Assembly (NCBI GenBank): GCA_963845185.1
Contig: CAWJRG010000010.1
Coordinates: 128,001-192,000, forward strand
Origin: an uncultured bacterium
GTDB taxonomy: Bacteria; Oederibacteriota; PGYV01; CAWJRG01
Length of the DNA stretch: 64,000 nucleotides
Direction of reading: 5' to 3'
Shown piece after piece: positions 29,388 through 39,288 of this stretch. Below the pieces are notes generated by a model. The model worked only from the letters and a program-made list of their open reading frames with translations, was not told the origin of the DNA and did no database searches. The translations under genes were made by a program, and so were the position numbers. The number at the start of each line of letters is the position of its first letter. Position 1 is the first letter of the stretch.

Positions 29388-32300
29388 TTATTTTTTCTTT
29401 TCCTTCTTATTTATTTGTTGAACAGTAGTTTCCCCTGCTTCTGCAAGTTCTTTTATAACATCTTTTACTTCCTGCATATGCTTGCGGTTCTCAAAAACAG
29501 ACATCAGGCTGTATGCGCAGGGTATAACAAAAAGAGTAAGCATTGTCGAGAATATAACCCCGCCTATTACGACGATTGCCATTGGTACCCTTGTTTCCGC
29601 TCCGTGACCTACGGCAAGCGCGGATGGTATTGCGGCTGCTACTGTAGCTGTGGATGTCATAATAATCGGCCTTAACCTGATGGGACATGCGTTCAGAAGC
29701 GCTTCCTTCAGGCTCATGCCTGCTTCCCTGCGCTGGTTGGTGAAATCAACAAGCAAAATTGAATTCTTTTTCACTATGCCCATTAGCAGTATTATACCTA
29801 TCGCGCTGTATAAGTTAAGGGTCTTGCCTGAAACAGTAAGCGCCACAATGGCGCCGGATACGGAAAAAGGCAGGGCAAGCAATACAATAACCGGATGAAG
29901 AAAGCTGTTGAACTGCGAGCCGAGCACCATGTACGCCACAAATATTCCCAGTATAAGGGCAATTCCAAGGCTGGTGAAAGCTTCATTGAAAGTCTGCGAA
30001 CCTCCGGTAAAAGATATCCTGTAACCTTCTGGTAATTTTTTCGCCAACTCCTGCACGGCTTTCATTGCCTCTCCCTGCGAACTGCCCGGCGCGATATTTG
30101 CGAACATCCTTATTGCCCTTTCCCGGTTTTCCCTTGTTATGGAAAACACGGCTGGATTGACCTCGACTTTCGCGACATCAGACAGCTTCACAAGGTCCCC
30201 CTGCATGTTCCTGATCCATTGTTTATTTAAAAATTCAACGGCATTTCTCTTGTTGTCTTCCAGCTCCACTTCGACATAATATCTTTTGCCGTTCTTTGTC
30301 CATTTTGCCACCTGATATTCGCCGAAAAGGTAATTGATTGTATTACCTATATTGGCCACGGTTACTCCGTGCGCTGCTGCTTTTTTCATGTCAGGGACAA
30401 CAACAGCCTCCAGAGCGCCTTTCTTATAATCCGTATCCGCGTCCACCATTGTCCCTGTCTTTTCCATATCGTTTTTCATTGATGCTGCAATATCCGCCAG
30501 CTTATCCCAGTCCTCTCCTATTAAAACGAATTCAACCGGGGATCCCCTTTTTGCTGTGAACCCCGCAAGGGAATTGTCAAACATGCTTACCACCAGAACA
30601 CCAGGAATCTTTTTTATATCCTGCCTCATGGCGTTCATGATTTCCCCCTGTTTCATCCGCCTGTGCAGCTTTTTATCTATGGGCCTGTCCATTAATTGCT
30701 TCAGTGTTACGGACATCATCCCGCCACCCATCCATAAGTACGAATAATAACCCACAACATCCGGCCTTTCAGATATTATTTTCTCAGCTTTTTTCATGAC
30801 TTCGTCGGTAAATTCTATTGATGTACCGACAGGAGTCTGTATCCTGACCATTACAAGGGACTGGTCCTGCGAAGGCACAAATTCCTTTTTTACAACAGTA
30901 AATAAAAACAATGATACCGCGAATAGCGTGAATGCCGTGATAATAACTTTCCATCTGTTGCCAAAGCACCATGTCAGCGCTTTTACATACCATTTCCTGA
31001 ATCCGTCCATAAAAACATCCATAAACGGCTTTTTACCGGTCTCATGGTGCGATGGCAGGTATTGAGAACAGAACATCGGGGTTATTGTTAGCGCGCCGAG
31101 TAGCGATATAGCCACAGCCGACGATATTGTTATGCCAAACTGGAAAAAATACCTTCCAACAACCCCTTGCATAAATAGTACCGGTACAAAAATAGCCAGG
31201 ATTGCCAGAGTGGCTGCCAGCGCAGCGAATGTTATCTCCTTTGAGCCTTTTATGGCCGCGCCTATGCGCGTTTCGCCTCCCTCCCTGTGCCTTGATATAT
31301 TCTCCAGCACCATTATGGCGTCATCTACAACTATGCCTATGACAAGCGACAATCCGAGAAAAGTAAATGTATTCAGGGTAAAACCGCATAATTTAATCAC
31401 AAACAATGCGCCGAAAAGCGACATAGGTATGGTTAAAAATATGTTTACAGCCGAAATAAACGAGCCGAGGAACAGCCAGCATACAAGTGCCGTTAGCACC
31501 ATAGATATTATAAGCACAAACCTCATGTCGCTTGCGTTATCCTCGATAAACCTGGTAGTGTCGAATCTCACGGCTAATTTTAAGCCTTTGGGCATGTATT
31601 TCTGAATATCATCCACTCTTTTTTTTATGGCATGCGCCACTTCGACTGCGTTTACACCCGGTTGTTTGACTATGCCGAGCCCGACGGCAAACTGGCCGTT
31701 TGCCCTGCTGATATTTACATTATCCTGCAGCCCGTCCTCTTCCCTTGATATATCGCGCAGGAATATTTTGTTCCATATCGGAGCCCCGCCCCTGTTTGGT
31801 ATGGTTATTTCTTCGAATTGCTTTGTGCTGGTAGCTTCGCCCGGCACGCGTATTGTTATCTGCTTTTCCCCCGTGTCTATAAAACCCGCAGGCACTTCCT
31901 GGTGTTCCTGTGTTACGGCTGATACAACGTCGTTTGCTGTTATCTCTTTTTTTTGCATTTTGTCCGGGTCCAGCCATATACGGAAAGCCGGCGCAAGATA
32001 GCCGCCGAGTACTACCTGGGAAACTCCGGATATGGTAGTGAACTTGTCGACTATATGGTTATTGGTGTATTCCATTATAAAATTCCTGTCCATATCGCCT
32101 GTCACGGCGAGCCATACTATTGGCATGGAATCAGGGTTGCTTTTTGATATTACCGGAGGGTATATGTCATGGGGCAGAAATCTCTGCGCCTGGGATAATT
32201 TGCTTTGAACTTCAAGCATTGAGACATCCACGTTCTTGCTCAGGTCAAAGTAAACGGTCACGCTGGAATTTCCCCTGGTAGAAGACGAGGTCATTTCTAT

Positions 32301-32531
32301 AACACCCTCAACACCCATCACCGCTGCCTCTATAGGATCTGTTACGCTGGTTTCAATTACGTCGGGAGCAGCTCCGGGCCAGTCAGTAGATATGGTCAAT
32401 ACAGGAAAATCCACATCAGGCAAATTGCTTATTCCAAGCCCGGCATATGATATGCATCCGAACACAACAAGACCTATAAGCAGCATCCATGCAAGTACCG
32501 GATTTTTTATAGTTAAGTCTGATAATGTCAT
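29388..32531 (-). CDS. RND efflux transporter permease (AcrB/AcrD/AcrF family)
   Basis: 1047 aa; P.VDFP, GIVVDDAI, VKKNSIL and RLRPIIMT motifs. Confidence 0.95.
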   Translation of the reverse strand: MTLSDLTIKNPVLAWMLLIGLVVFGCISYAGLGISNLPDVDFPVLTISTDWPGAAPDVIETSVTDPIEAAVMGVEGVIEMTSSSTRGNSSVTVYFDLSKNVDVSMLEVQSKLSQAQRFLPHDIYPPVISKSNPDSMPIVWLAVTGDMDRNFIMEYTNNHIVDKFTTISGVSQVVLGGYLAPAFRIWLDPDKMQKKEITANDVVSAVTQEHQEVPAGFIDTGEKQITIRVPGEATSTKQFEEITIPNRGGAPIWNKIFLRDISREEDGLQDNVNISRANGQFAVGLGIVKQPGVNAVEVAHAIKKRVDDIQKYMPKGLKLAVRFDTTRFIEDNASDMRFVLIISMVLTALVCWLFLGSFISAVNIFLTIPMSLFGALFVIKLCGFTLNTFTFLGLSLVIGIVVDDAIMVLENISRHREGGETRIGAAIKGSKEITFAALAATLAILAIFVPVLFMQGVVGRYFFQFGITISSAVAISLLGALTITPMFCSQYLPSHHETGKKPFMDVFMDGFRKWYVKALTWCFGNRWKVIITAFTLFAVSLFLFTVVKKEFVPSQDQSLVMVRIQTPVGTSIEFTDEVMKKAEKIISERPDVVGYYSYLWMGGGMMSVTLKQLMDRPIDKKLHRRMKQGEIMNAMRQDIKKIPGVLVVSMFDNSLAGFTAKRGSPVEFVLIGEDWDKLADIAASMKNDMEKTGTMVDADTDYKKGALEAVVVPDMKKAAAHGVTVANIGNTINYLFGEYQVAKWTKNGKRYYVEVELEDNKRNAVEFLNKQWIRNMQGDLVKLSDVAKVEVNPAVFSITRENRERAIRMFANIAPGSSQGEAMKAVQELAKKLPEGYRISFTGGSQTFNEAFTSLGIALILGIFVAYMVLGSQFNSFLHPVIVLLALPFSVSGAIVALTVSGKTLNLYSAIGIILLMGIVKKNSILLVDFTNQRREAGMSLKEALLNACPIRLRPIIMTSTATVAAAIPSALAVGHGAETRVPMAIVVIGGVIFSTMLTLFVIPCAYSLMSVFENRKHMQEVKDVIKELAEAGETTVQQINKKEKKK

Positions 32532-32828
32532 TATTTGTTACCTTCCCTTTCTTCGCTTTAATAATTCAGCTGATATTGTGGAGCCCCTCCGCCTTACAGG
32601 CGGAGCACCTTTAAAAAATTTTCTAATATGCTCCCTCCCCGGAGCGCCATCATATCCTGCCTTTACGAAGGATGGGTTTTCCGCGCAGCGGGATTAAGAA
32701 AAATTTTATTTTTTCTCAAGTTTTTCCCGGTATCGGGTTTTATCCTGACATTTACCATGTCACGCCTCGCCGGGTTTGTTGGCCGCGACTATTTTCTTTT
32801 AAATTTTGACAGTCGGGTAATTGCATAT

Positions 32829-32857
32829 TTAGACGAATTATATATGTCAATCGTTCC
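32829..32857 (-). promoter_or_regulatory. ECF sigma factor-like promoter upstream of the RND gene
   Basis: GGAAC-N17-CGTCTAA. Confidence 0.45.
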
Positions 32858-32957
32858 GGTTATTAAGGTTCAAATTAACTGAACTACATTTGTAATAAAA
32901 TACACTATACATGGGGTAAAATCAAGAAAATTCATATTGCCATTTTCCGGGCTGCCC

Positions 32958-33143
32958 TTACTTACGCTCAGATAATGGTATGCCGCCCACTCCTATACTG
33001 TCGTGGTCATACTCATTAATATATACCACAAATGATTCCGCGGGAATATTGGTTATTTCAAACATTGTCTGCGTTAATTTTTCGATTATCTCCTTTTTCT
33101 TTTCCTTCGTTCTATGTGTAATTTCCACTTTAATAACCGGCAT
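32958..33143 (-). CDS. 4-oxalocrotonate tautomerase family protein
   Basis: N-terminal catalytic Pro (MPVI), about 61 aa, GVGG near the C-terminus, GGAGG RBS. Confidence 0.9.
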   Translation of the reverse strand: MPVIKVEITHRTKEKKKEIIEKLTQTMFEITNIPAESFVVYINEYDHDSIGVGGIPLSERK

Positions 33144-33198
33144 AAACACACCTCCTTATTTTTAGTTTGACTCCCTGTTTTTAATATAAGAATTTAAA

Positions 33199-34098
33199 TT
33201 ATTGTATGCCCAGTTCTTTCATCCTTATAGCGCAGTTGCGCTGGGTCTTCCTGTCCTGGAAATAATTTATGTCATGCCTGGGTTCAGCGTTAATGACGTC
33301 TTTGTAATACGCTATAGCTTTGTCTTTTTCACCGAGCGAATAAAGGGTTTCGGCCAGGAAAAACTTTACGAGCGGTGAATCAGGGTTGGATTTGAGCGTT
33401 TCTTCAAGGTATTGCCTGGACAGGTTCTTATCAGGCCACCCTATCAAAAACGGGATATTCGGCGCAAGAAAGTTGAGCCTGCCGAGTGCACCCGCGGCGC
33501 TGTAATTCTCAAAACTCCTGTCTTCTTTGTAAATTCTTTCGCAAAGTTCGTGTATCCTGTTGACGGTCCCAATCACCTGAAAAATTATATAATACTGTGC
33601 ATTCAATATCAGCAGGAGAGCTATGTCGTAATCTGCATAAACCGAGTTATTTTCGCCGGGATGAAGCTGCTCCAGCAGGGCAAGCGTATCCGAGTAAACT
33701 TTTTGTTTGTCGCTTTCCAGTTCCCCGTCGGGTATTATGAGGTTGTACTTTAACTGAATTGCCAAGCAGTATTTATGCACAAGAGCGTCATTGCTTTTAT
33801 TAAGATCAACGGCTTTTTTATAATAATCAATTGCGCTGCCTGCCAGTTCCAGCGCAACTTTAGGGTCTGTGGTTCCGGCCAGCTGGTTATATATCATGTC
33901 TGCCTGTTTTTCATATTCAAGGGATTGAGCTTTGGCGGCAGAATCCGCAGAAATTACAGTGTTGGAAACGGGAGACGCAGACGTTACAGGCGTCGCCAGT
34001 GCTTGCTCCTGTGTATACGCTGTTGTGGTTGCAGCAAACAGGCTATGACCTATTAACGAAAAGCATGCAACCATATACAATGTGTATTTTAATTTCAT
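33199..34098 (-). CDS. Secreted TPR-like protein
   Basis: Signal peptide, helical repeats, ALGRL...AP...IGW motif. Confidence 0.6.
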   Translation of the reverse strand: MKLKYTLYMVACFSLIGHSLFAATTTAYTQEQALATPVTSASPVSNTVISADSAAKAQSLEYEKQADMIYNQLAGTTDPKVALELAGSAIDYYKKAVDLNKSNDALVHKYCLAIQLKYNLIIPDGELESDKQKVYSDTLALLEQLHPGENNSVYADYDIALLLILNAQYYIIFQVIGTVNRIHELCERIYKEDRSFENYSAAGALGRLNFLAPNIPFLIGWPDKNLSRQYLEETLKSNPDSPLVKFFLAETLYSLGEKDKAIAYYKDVINAEPRHDINYFQDRKTQRNCAIRMKELGIQ

Positions 34099-34137
34099 GC
34101 AAACCTCTGCGAATGCTTTGCTTTATGGGTTCCCTGC

Positions 34138-34305
34138 TTACAGCCCGTATTTTTTCTTTATGTCTTTCTCTGCCTGCAGCCAGTCGGACAGAGCGTCGCC
34201 CGGCTTGTTTGACGCTATTCTTTTCTTGTAGATTTCACCGGCTAGCTTGCGGATTTCGTCCTGAAACGCTTCTAAACTTGGTTTCTTTTTTGGTTCTTGA
34301 GCCAT
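34138..34305 (-). CDS. Small DUF2934-like protein (55 aa; absent from the ORF track)
   Basis: Manual translation MAQEPKKKPSLEAFQDEIRKLAGEIYKKRIASNKPGDALSDWLQAEKDIKKKYGL; AAGGTG RBS; G..L.DWL.AE motif. Confidence 0.75.
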   Translation of the reverse strand: MAQEPKKKPSLEAFQDEIRKLAGEIYKKRIASNKPGDALSDWLQAEKDIKKKYGL

Positions 34306-34409
34306 TTTCTTCACCTTCTTTGTTTAATTTTTTACACTCTTAATTTTAATCCTTTCCCATTACAAGCGCAATCTTAAAATCAGCCCTATTTTTAGCAAGC
34401 GCCAAATTT

Positions 34410-35051
34410 TCAGTATTGTTTTAAATTTACTTTTCTCATGCCCCTTACTGAATTGCATATATATATTTCATCAGCCGAATATAAGTCTTTTTTATAAAGG
34501 AGTTTTTCTTTGTATATGCCCGGATTTCTATCTATCAGGTAATTCCTGTAAGTGCCTGGCAATAGCCCGCACGAAACCGGCGGAGTGTAGAAATATTCGC
34601 CTTTTTTTATAAAAATATTCGAACTGTGCGCTTCGGTTAATTGATTTTTTTTGTTGAAAAAAATTACGTCATAAAACCCTTTTTTTGTGTATTTTTTATA
34701 TTCGCTGTCGTAAAATCCCCGGTTTGTGGTCTTATGCCTTAAAAAAACATTACTTGAAACTGTTTTCTTCGATGAAATACCTATCAGCCTGTTTTCTTTC
34801 GGGGCATGTTTGATTATAGAATCTTTTATTTTTGCTTTTCCCTTAAAATCTAAAATCATTTTTACTTTATAGGATTTATCTTTTTTTAAACCTTCCGAAT
34901 ATTTTTTCAGCGTCTTTGTTATTTTACCGGTTTCATGTTCGAACCCGAAAAAATTCATGGATTTTTTTAAACGTTTGATATGCCTTGACAGCAAAAAATA
35001 TTTCCCGTTCTTATACAGTATGGACTCAACAAGCCCGAAACCTTTAACCAT
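34410..35051 (-). CDS. Aminotransferase class IV (PabC-like)
   Basis: RHIKRL, HKTTNR, E...SNIF, GLLPGTYR and NSVRG motifs. Confidence 0.88.
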   Translation of the reverse strand: MVKGFGLVESILYKNGKYFLLSRHIKRLKKSMNFFGFEHETGKITKTLKKYSEGLKKDKSYKVKMILDFKGKAKIKDSIIKHAPKENRLIGISSKKTVSSNVFLRHKTTNRGFYDSEYKKYTKKGFYDVIFFNKKNQLTEAHSSNIFIKKGEYFYTPPVSCGLLPGTYRNYLIDRNPGIYKEKLLYKKDLYSADEIYICNSVRGMRKVNLKQY

Positions 35052-35104
35052 ACTTTTAAAACTCCTTTATGCCTGTGCATACATATGCAGTTCAGCCGAT
35101 CTTC

Positions 35105-36238
35105 TTATTTATACATCTTGTCAAAATATTGCTGGGCTTTTACCACGGCGTGGCGCATTATGTCCTCTGCCTTTGCTGTTTCCCTGAGTTCAAGATGCGT
35201 TGCAAGCCTTTTATAATCTATTTCCTTCGCTGCTTTTTCGCAGGCATCCCAGCTTAAAATGCTCCTTATCACCCTGTCTATTGCCTGGTCCTCGTTGTCA
35301 TATGCGCGCGGCTGCATGTCATGGCCCTTCCAGCGCGAATATTTTGCCTGCTGGATAAGTCCTGCCACGGCTATGTTCATACCATTTATCCTTACACCGT
35401 TGTCTATATCGAATTTTCCCGGCCCGCCAAGCAGAATACCGTCGTTATAACCCTGGCTGTTTACGTGCATGTGCACGGTCATGTTGTTGTCCAGTTCCTC
35501 AACCGTATCGTAAACAAGGTCAAGTCCAATCATCTCAGAATGCCCGAACTCCTTGTTGATACCTTTTTTTTCTATATTGATGCCAAACTCTTCAGCAAGT
35601 TTTTTCCAGAATACTATGGCACTTGCCACGGTTGGCAAAAGCATTGCCGGGTGCCCCTCGTTTGGCTTTGGCTCTATTGCCATATAAAGTTTGCCGCCGA
35701 GCTTTTCCTCAATCTTACAAAGAGCAGCTACGCCTCTTTTTAAATTCCTGTACATGTCGCTGATTCCCACGGTCGCGACATCGTAGCCGAATGAGCCGTT
35801 CCATAATATAAATGAAGGCGCTTTTTTCGGGTCCTTGTGCCATGCTTTCCTTAAAGGGCCGTATGCCAGCTCCAGCGCCCTTTTTCCGTACTCGTTTGCT
35901 TCATCCCTTTCTTTTGGGTCCTGTGATGCTATTCCGCCGTACGCAAAATGTTTGTGCGCGCCGGGCGTTGCCATGGCAAGCGGGATTTTCGCATCAACAA
36001 GTGCGTCTGCTATCTCAGCAGCTGTACCTTCGTCATATTCGTAATCGTAATGCGCCTCCAAACCGACTTCGATGTTTTTCGGAAGCCGCGGTATTATTTT
36101 CCCCTTTATTATCTTGATAATGCCCACTGTATTGAGCAAATCTCCTGCCCATCCCGGCCTTTCATCGTCCGGCGTGAATCCGCCTTTGCCTGCGTTGAAA
36201 GTCCACCTGCAAATACTGTGCAATGATTTCTCTTCCAT
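35105..36238 (-). CDS. Xylose isomerase-like TIM-barrel enzyme (divergent)
   Basis: EPKPNE, N.E.GH and FDxD motifs; follows xylulokinase. Confidence 0.8.
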   Translation of the reverse strand: MEEKSLHSICRWTFNAGKGGFTPDDERPGWAGDLLNTVGIIKIIKGKIIPRLPKNIEVGLEAHYDYEYDEGTAAEIADALVDAKIPLAMATPGAHKHFAYGGIASQDPKERDEANEYGKRALELAYGPLRKAWHKDPKKAPSFILWNGSFGYDVATVGISDMYRNLKRGVAALCKIEEKLGGKLYMAIEPKPNEGHPAMLLPTVASAIVFWKKLAEEFGINIEKKGINKEFGHSEMIGLDLVYDTVEELDNNMTVHMHVNSQGYNDGILLGGPGKFDIDNGVRINGMNIAVAGLIQQAKYSRWKGHDMQPRAYDNEDQAIDRVIRSILSWDACEKAAKEIDYKRLATHLELRETAKAEDIMRHAVVKAQQYFDKMYK

Positions 36239-36283
36239 AATTTTCCTCCTTGTTTTAATAATTTACAATTTTCAATTGATAAT

Positions 36284-37780
36284 TTACTTTTTATCTAATT
36301 CTTTCTCAAGTATCTTTTTCCATTTTTCATATACTTCTTTATATACGCTTTTTAATTTTGCCGTTGGCTCGACCGTGGTTATCTTTTTCAGCCCTACAAA
36401 TGCTTCTTTATAATTTTTATATACGCCCGCGCCCAGGCCAGCGCCTCTTGCCGCGCCGCCTGAGCCGTCGGTCTCGTATAACTCCAGTACACTGCCGGTT
36501 GTATTTACAAAAATCTCCCTGAATACCGGCGATAAAAACATATTGGCATAGCCCGCCCTTATTTTCTTTATCTTCATGCCCATTTCCTTCATTACTTCAA
36601 AACCATAATTTAGCGCGAAAACTATGCCCTCCTGCCCGGCCCGGAAAACATGGCGCCTCTTATGCATGTTGAAATTCAGGCCATGAATGGAAGCTCCTAT
36701 GTTCCTGTTCTGCAAAGTACGCTCAGCGCCGTTGCCGAAAGGCAGTACGATTACACCCCCGCTTCCAGGCGGAATTATGGATGCCTTCTTATTCATTACC
36801 TCATAACTCATACCGTCTGTGGTATTCCGCCTCAGCCAGCTGTTCAATATGCCTGTGCCATTTATGCATACCATGATCCCGTTCCTCTTTTGCTTTTCAG
36901 TATTGCTTACATGCACAAATGTGTTCACCCTGCAGCATCCGGGATCGTATAAATCCTTGTCCGTTATGCCGAAAATGACGCCTGACGTGCCTGCCGTGGC
37001 GGCAACCTCGCCCGGGTTTATTACGTTCAGGGAAAACGCGTTGTTCGGCTGGTCGCCTGCCCTGTATGAAATCTTGATTCCGGGCCGTAGGCCCAGTTCT
37101 TTTGCAGCGTTGCTTGTCATTTCCCCCTGTATTGAAAATGTGGGCAAGACATCCGGTATTAATTCTTCTTTTATTTGCATGGCACGCAGCACGTCCCACG
37201 ATACACTTTTCTTTTTGTAATCCCAGAGTATTTCCTCTGCAAGTCCCGGCACGGTTGTCGTGATTTTGTCAGTCATTTTCATGGCTATATACTCGCCCGG
37301 CAGCATGAATTTGTATATTTTTTTATAAACGCTAGGCTCGTTTTCCATTACCCAGCGCAGCTTGGAAGCAGTGAAATTGCCCGGGTAATTAAGCAAATGC
37401 TCCATGCATTTTTTTCTGCCTATTTTTTCCGCTACCTTTTCTCCCTGGCCTACCGCCCTGCTGTCGCACCATATTATGGAAGGCCTGAGCAATTTTTTAT
37501 TTTTATCCACGAGCACGAGCCCGTGCATCTGGTATGATATGCCAATCGCGATTATGTCATCAGGCTTGATTTTCGATTTTGATTTAATCTCGGCAACTGC
37601 GAACTTTAAGTTATCCCACCAGGCCTGCGGCTCCTGCTCTGCCCAACCCGGTTTCTTTGCTATCATGCCCATTTCCTGTTTTGGCGAGGCCGCAGTCGCG
37701 ATGGTTTTGCCTGTCTCAGCGTCAATCAAAGACGCCTTTATAGCCGAGCTGCCTATGTCAAAGCCGAGTAAATAACTCAT
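36284..37780 (-). CDS. xylB: Xylulokinase (FGGY family)
   Basis: GFDIGSS, SYQMHG, IIWCDSR, AGDQPNNA and GTSG motifs. Confidence 0.85.
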   Translation of the reverse strand: MSYLLGFDIGSSAIKASLIDAETGKTIATAASPKQEMGMIAKKPGWAEQEPQAWWDNLKFAVAEIKSKSKIKPDDIIAIGISYQMHGLVLVDKNKKLLRPSIIWCDSRAVGQGEKVAEKIGRKKCMEHLLNYPGNFTASKLRWVMENEPSVYKKIYKFMLPGEYIAMKMTDKITTTVPGLAEEILWDYKKKSVSWDVLRAMQIKEELIPDVLPTFSIQGEMTSNAAKELGLRPGIKISYRAGDQPNNAFSLNVINPGEVAATAGTSGVIFGITDKDLYDPGCCRVNTFVHVSNTEKQKRNGIMVCINGTGILNSWLRRNTTDGMSYEVMNKKASIIPPGSGGVIVLPFGNGAERTLQNRNIGASIHGLNFNMHKRRHVFRAGQEGIVFALNYGFEVMKEMGMKIKKIRAGYANMFLSPVFREIFVNTTGSVLELYETDGSGGAARGAGLGAGVYKNYKEAFVGLKKITTVEPTAKLKSVYKEVYEKWKKILEKELDKK

Positions 37781-37956
37781 GCCTGCCTCCGATATTAGAG
37801 TTTTATTGAAGAAAATTGCATCATTGAAATAAAATTATACTATATTTTTGATTTAAAACAATAAATTTAATAAAATTCGATGACCCATTTAATTACTTGA
37901 AAGGATTTATTAATCGGCGGACTATATGCTATATTATCTTTCTTTAAAAAATTAAT

Positions 37957-37991
37957 AAAAAAGCCTGAAGGATATACCCTTCAGGCTTTTT
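37957..37991. terminator. Intrinsic terminator (potentially bidirectional)
   Basis: AAAAAGCCTGAAGG-ATATAC-CCTTCAGGCTTTTT. Confidence 0.8.
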
Positions 37992-38011
37992 AATATAAAA
38001 TGGCTTGGTTT

Positions 38012-39133
38012 TTATGGCCCGAACTTTTCTATTCTGGAGTTGCTGAAATCCACAACATACACAAATCCGCTGCTATCCGCAGCTATTCCAATTGGCCCGT
38101 TAAACTGCCCGTTGCCGCTGCCCGAGCTTCCCCATGCTGTAATAAATGCACCTGACGAAGTGAATTCTTGCACCCTATTATTCGCGGTATCGGTCACATA
38201 TACATTGCCTTTGTTGTCTGTAGCTATTCCTGTAGGGCCTTCAAATTGCCCGAAGGCTGTACCGGCTATACCCCAGGCCGTGATAAACGTGCCTGTTGAC
38301 GTGAATTCCTGTATCCTGTTATTATTCTGGTCCACCACATACACATTATTGCTGCTGTTTATTGCAATTCCCCACGGCCAATTAAACTGCCCGTTTCCGC
38401 TGCCTGAGCCTCCCCATCGTGCCAGCGCATTTCCATTTGAATCGAATTCTTGTACCCAGTTTGCACTGCTGCCGTTTTGTGTTACATATACATTTCCCAG
38501 GCTGTCAACCGCCACGCCGTTTCCGGCTCCTGTCCATGATGTAATAAATACCCCCGAAGAAGTAAATTTCTCTATCAAATTTGCGTCATAATCCGAGATA
38601 TAAATATTTCCGCTGCTTTTATCTATGGCTATAGCATGCGGGTAGTCAAACTGTCCGGCACCGGTCCCGGGGCTGCCCCATGTAGCCAAAAACGCACCCA
38701 ATGATGTAAATTCCTGCACCCTCTGGTTTCCTGTATCCACGACATACAGATTGCCGCCGGCGTCTACGGCTATATCTGTAGGAAGATAAAATTGCCCGCC
38801 GCTGCACGCGCCTATATTGCAATCGCCGTAAGTACCCCACTGCATCACATAAGGAAGCGCATAGGTTGCAACGACTGTTGCAGTCATGGTTGCTATTACC
38901 TGTGCTGTTTGTGTTTCTATTGCTATTGCTGTGCGTGTAGCAGCTGGCGGAGTAGGTGAAGGAAGGATATAACCGCCGATAATATGAATAGGGCCAATTA
39001 GAATTACAGGTGTGCTTGTCAAAGTAGGAGCCGGTGCATTTACGATTATGGCAGAAGGCGATGCCCTGTTGCAGGATAATATAAATATAAAGGTCATAAT
39101 TACAAGGGTGGCAAAAACTGTATATTTTTTCAT
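38012..39133 (-). CDS. NHL-repeat beta-propeller lipoprotein
   Basis: Lipobox ILSC, T/P-rich stalk, repeats of GQF..P.GIA.D..GNVYV.D..N.R.Q.F. Confidence 0.9.
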   Translation of the reverse strand: MKKYTVFATLVIMTFIFILSCNRASPSAIIVNAPAPTLTSTPVILIGPIHIIGGYILPSPTPPAATRTAIAIETQTAQVIATMTATVVATYALPYVMQWGTYGDCNIGACSGGQFYLPTDIAVDAGGNLYVVDTGNQRVQEFTSLGAFLATWGSPGTGAGQFDYPHAIAIDKSSGNIYISDYDANLIEKFTSSGVFITSWTGAGNGVAVDSLGNVYVTQNGSSANWVQEFDSNGNALARWGGSGSGNGQFNWPWGIAINSSNNVYVVDQNNNRIQEFTSTGTFITAWGIAGTAFGQFEGPTGIATDNKGNVYVTDTANNRVQEFTSSGAFITAWGSSGSGNGQFNGPIGIAADSSGFVYVVDFSNSRIEKFGP

Positions 39134-39160
39134 TATTTAAACCTCCGTATTGCCTTTAAT

Positions 39161-39191
39161 TATTAGACAGTTTATTTGCTAAAAAGTTGCA
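39161..39191 (-). promoter_or_regulatory. ECF sigma factor-like promoter
   Basis: TGCAAC-N16-TGTCTAATA about 28 nt before the ATG. Confidence 0.5.
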
Positions 39192-39288
39192 TATAATTTT
39201 CATAATAATATAATTATGATCAATATCTTAACTCTGCCGGCTGTTGACTTTACGTGCGGTTTCTTCTATAAGAACAGTCAATGCCGTG

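Noticed and set aside
32540..32760. Known riboswitch upstream of the RND gene
   Set aside because: I could not match consensus features of c-di-GMP, c-di-AMP, fluoride or yybP classes by eye.
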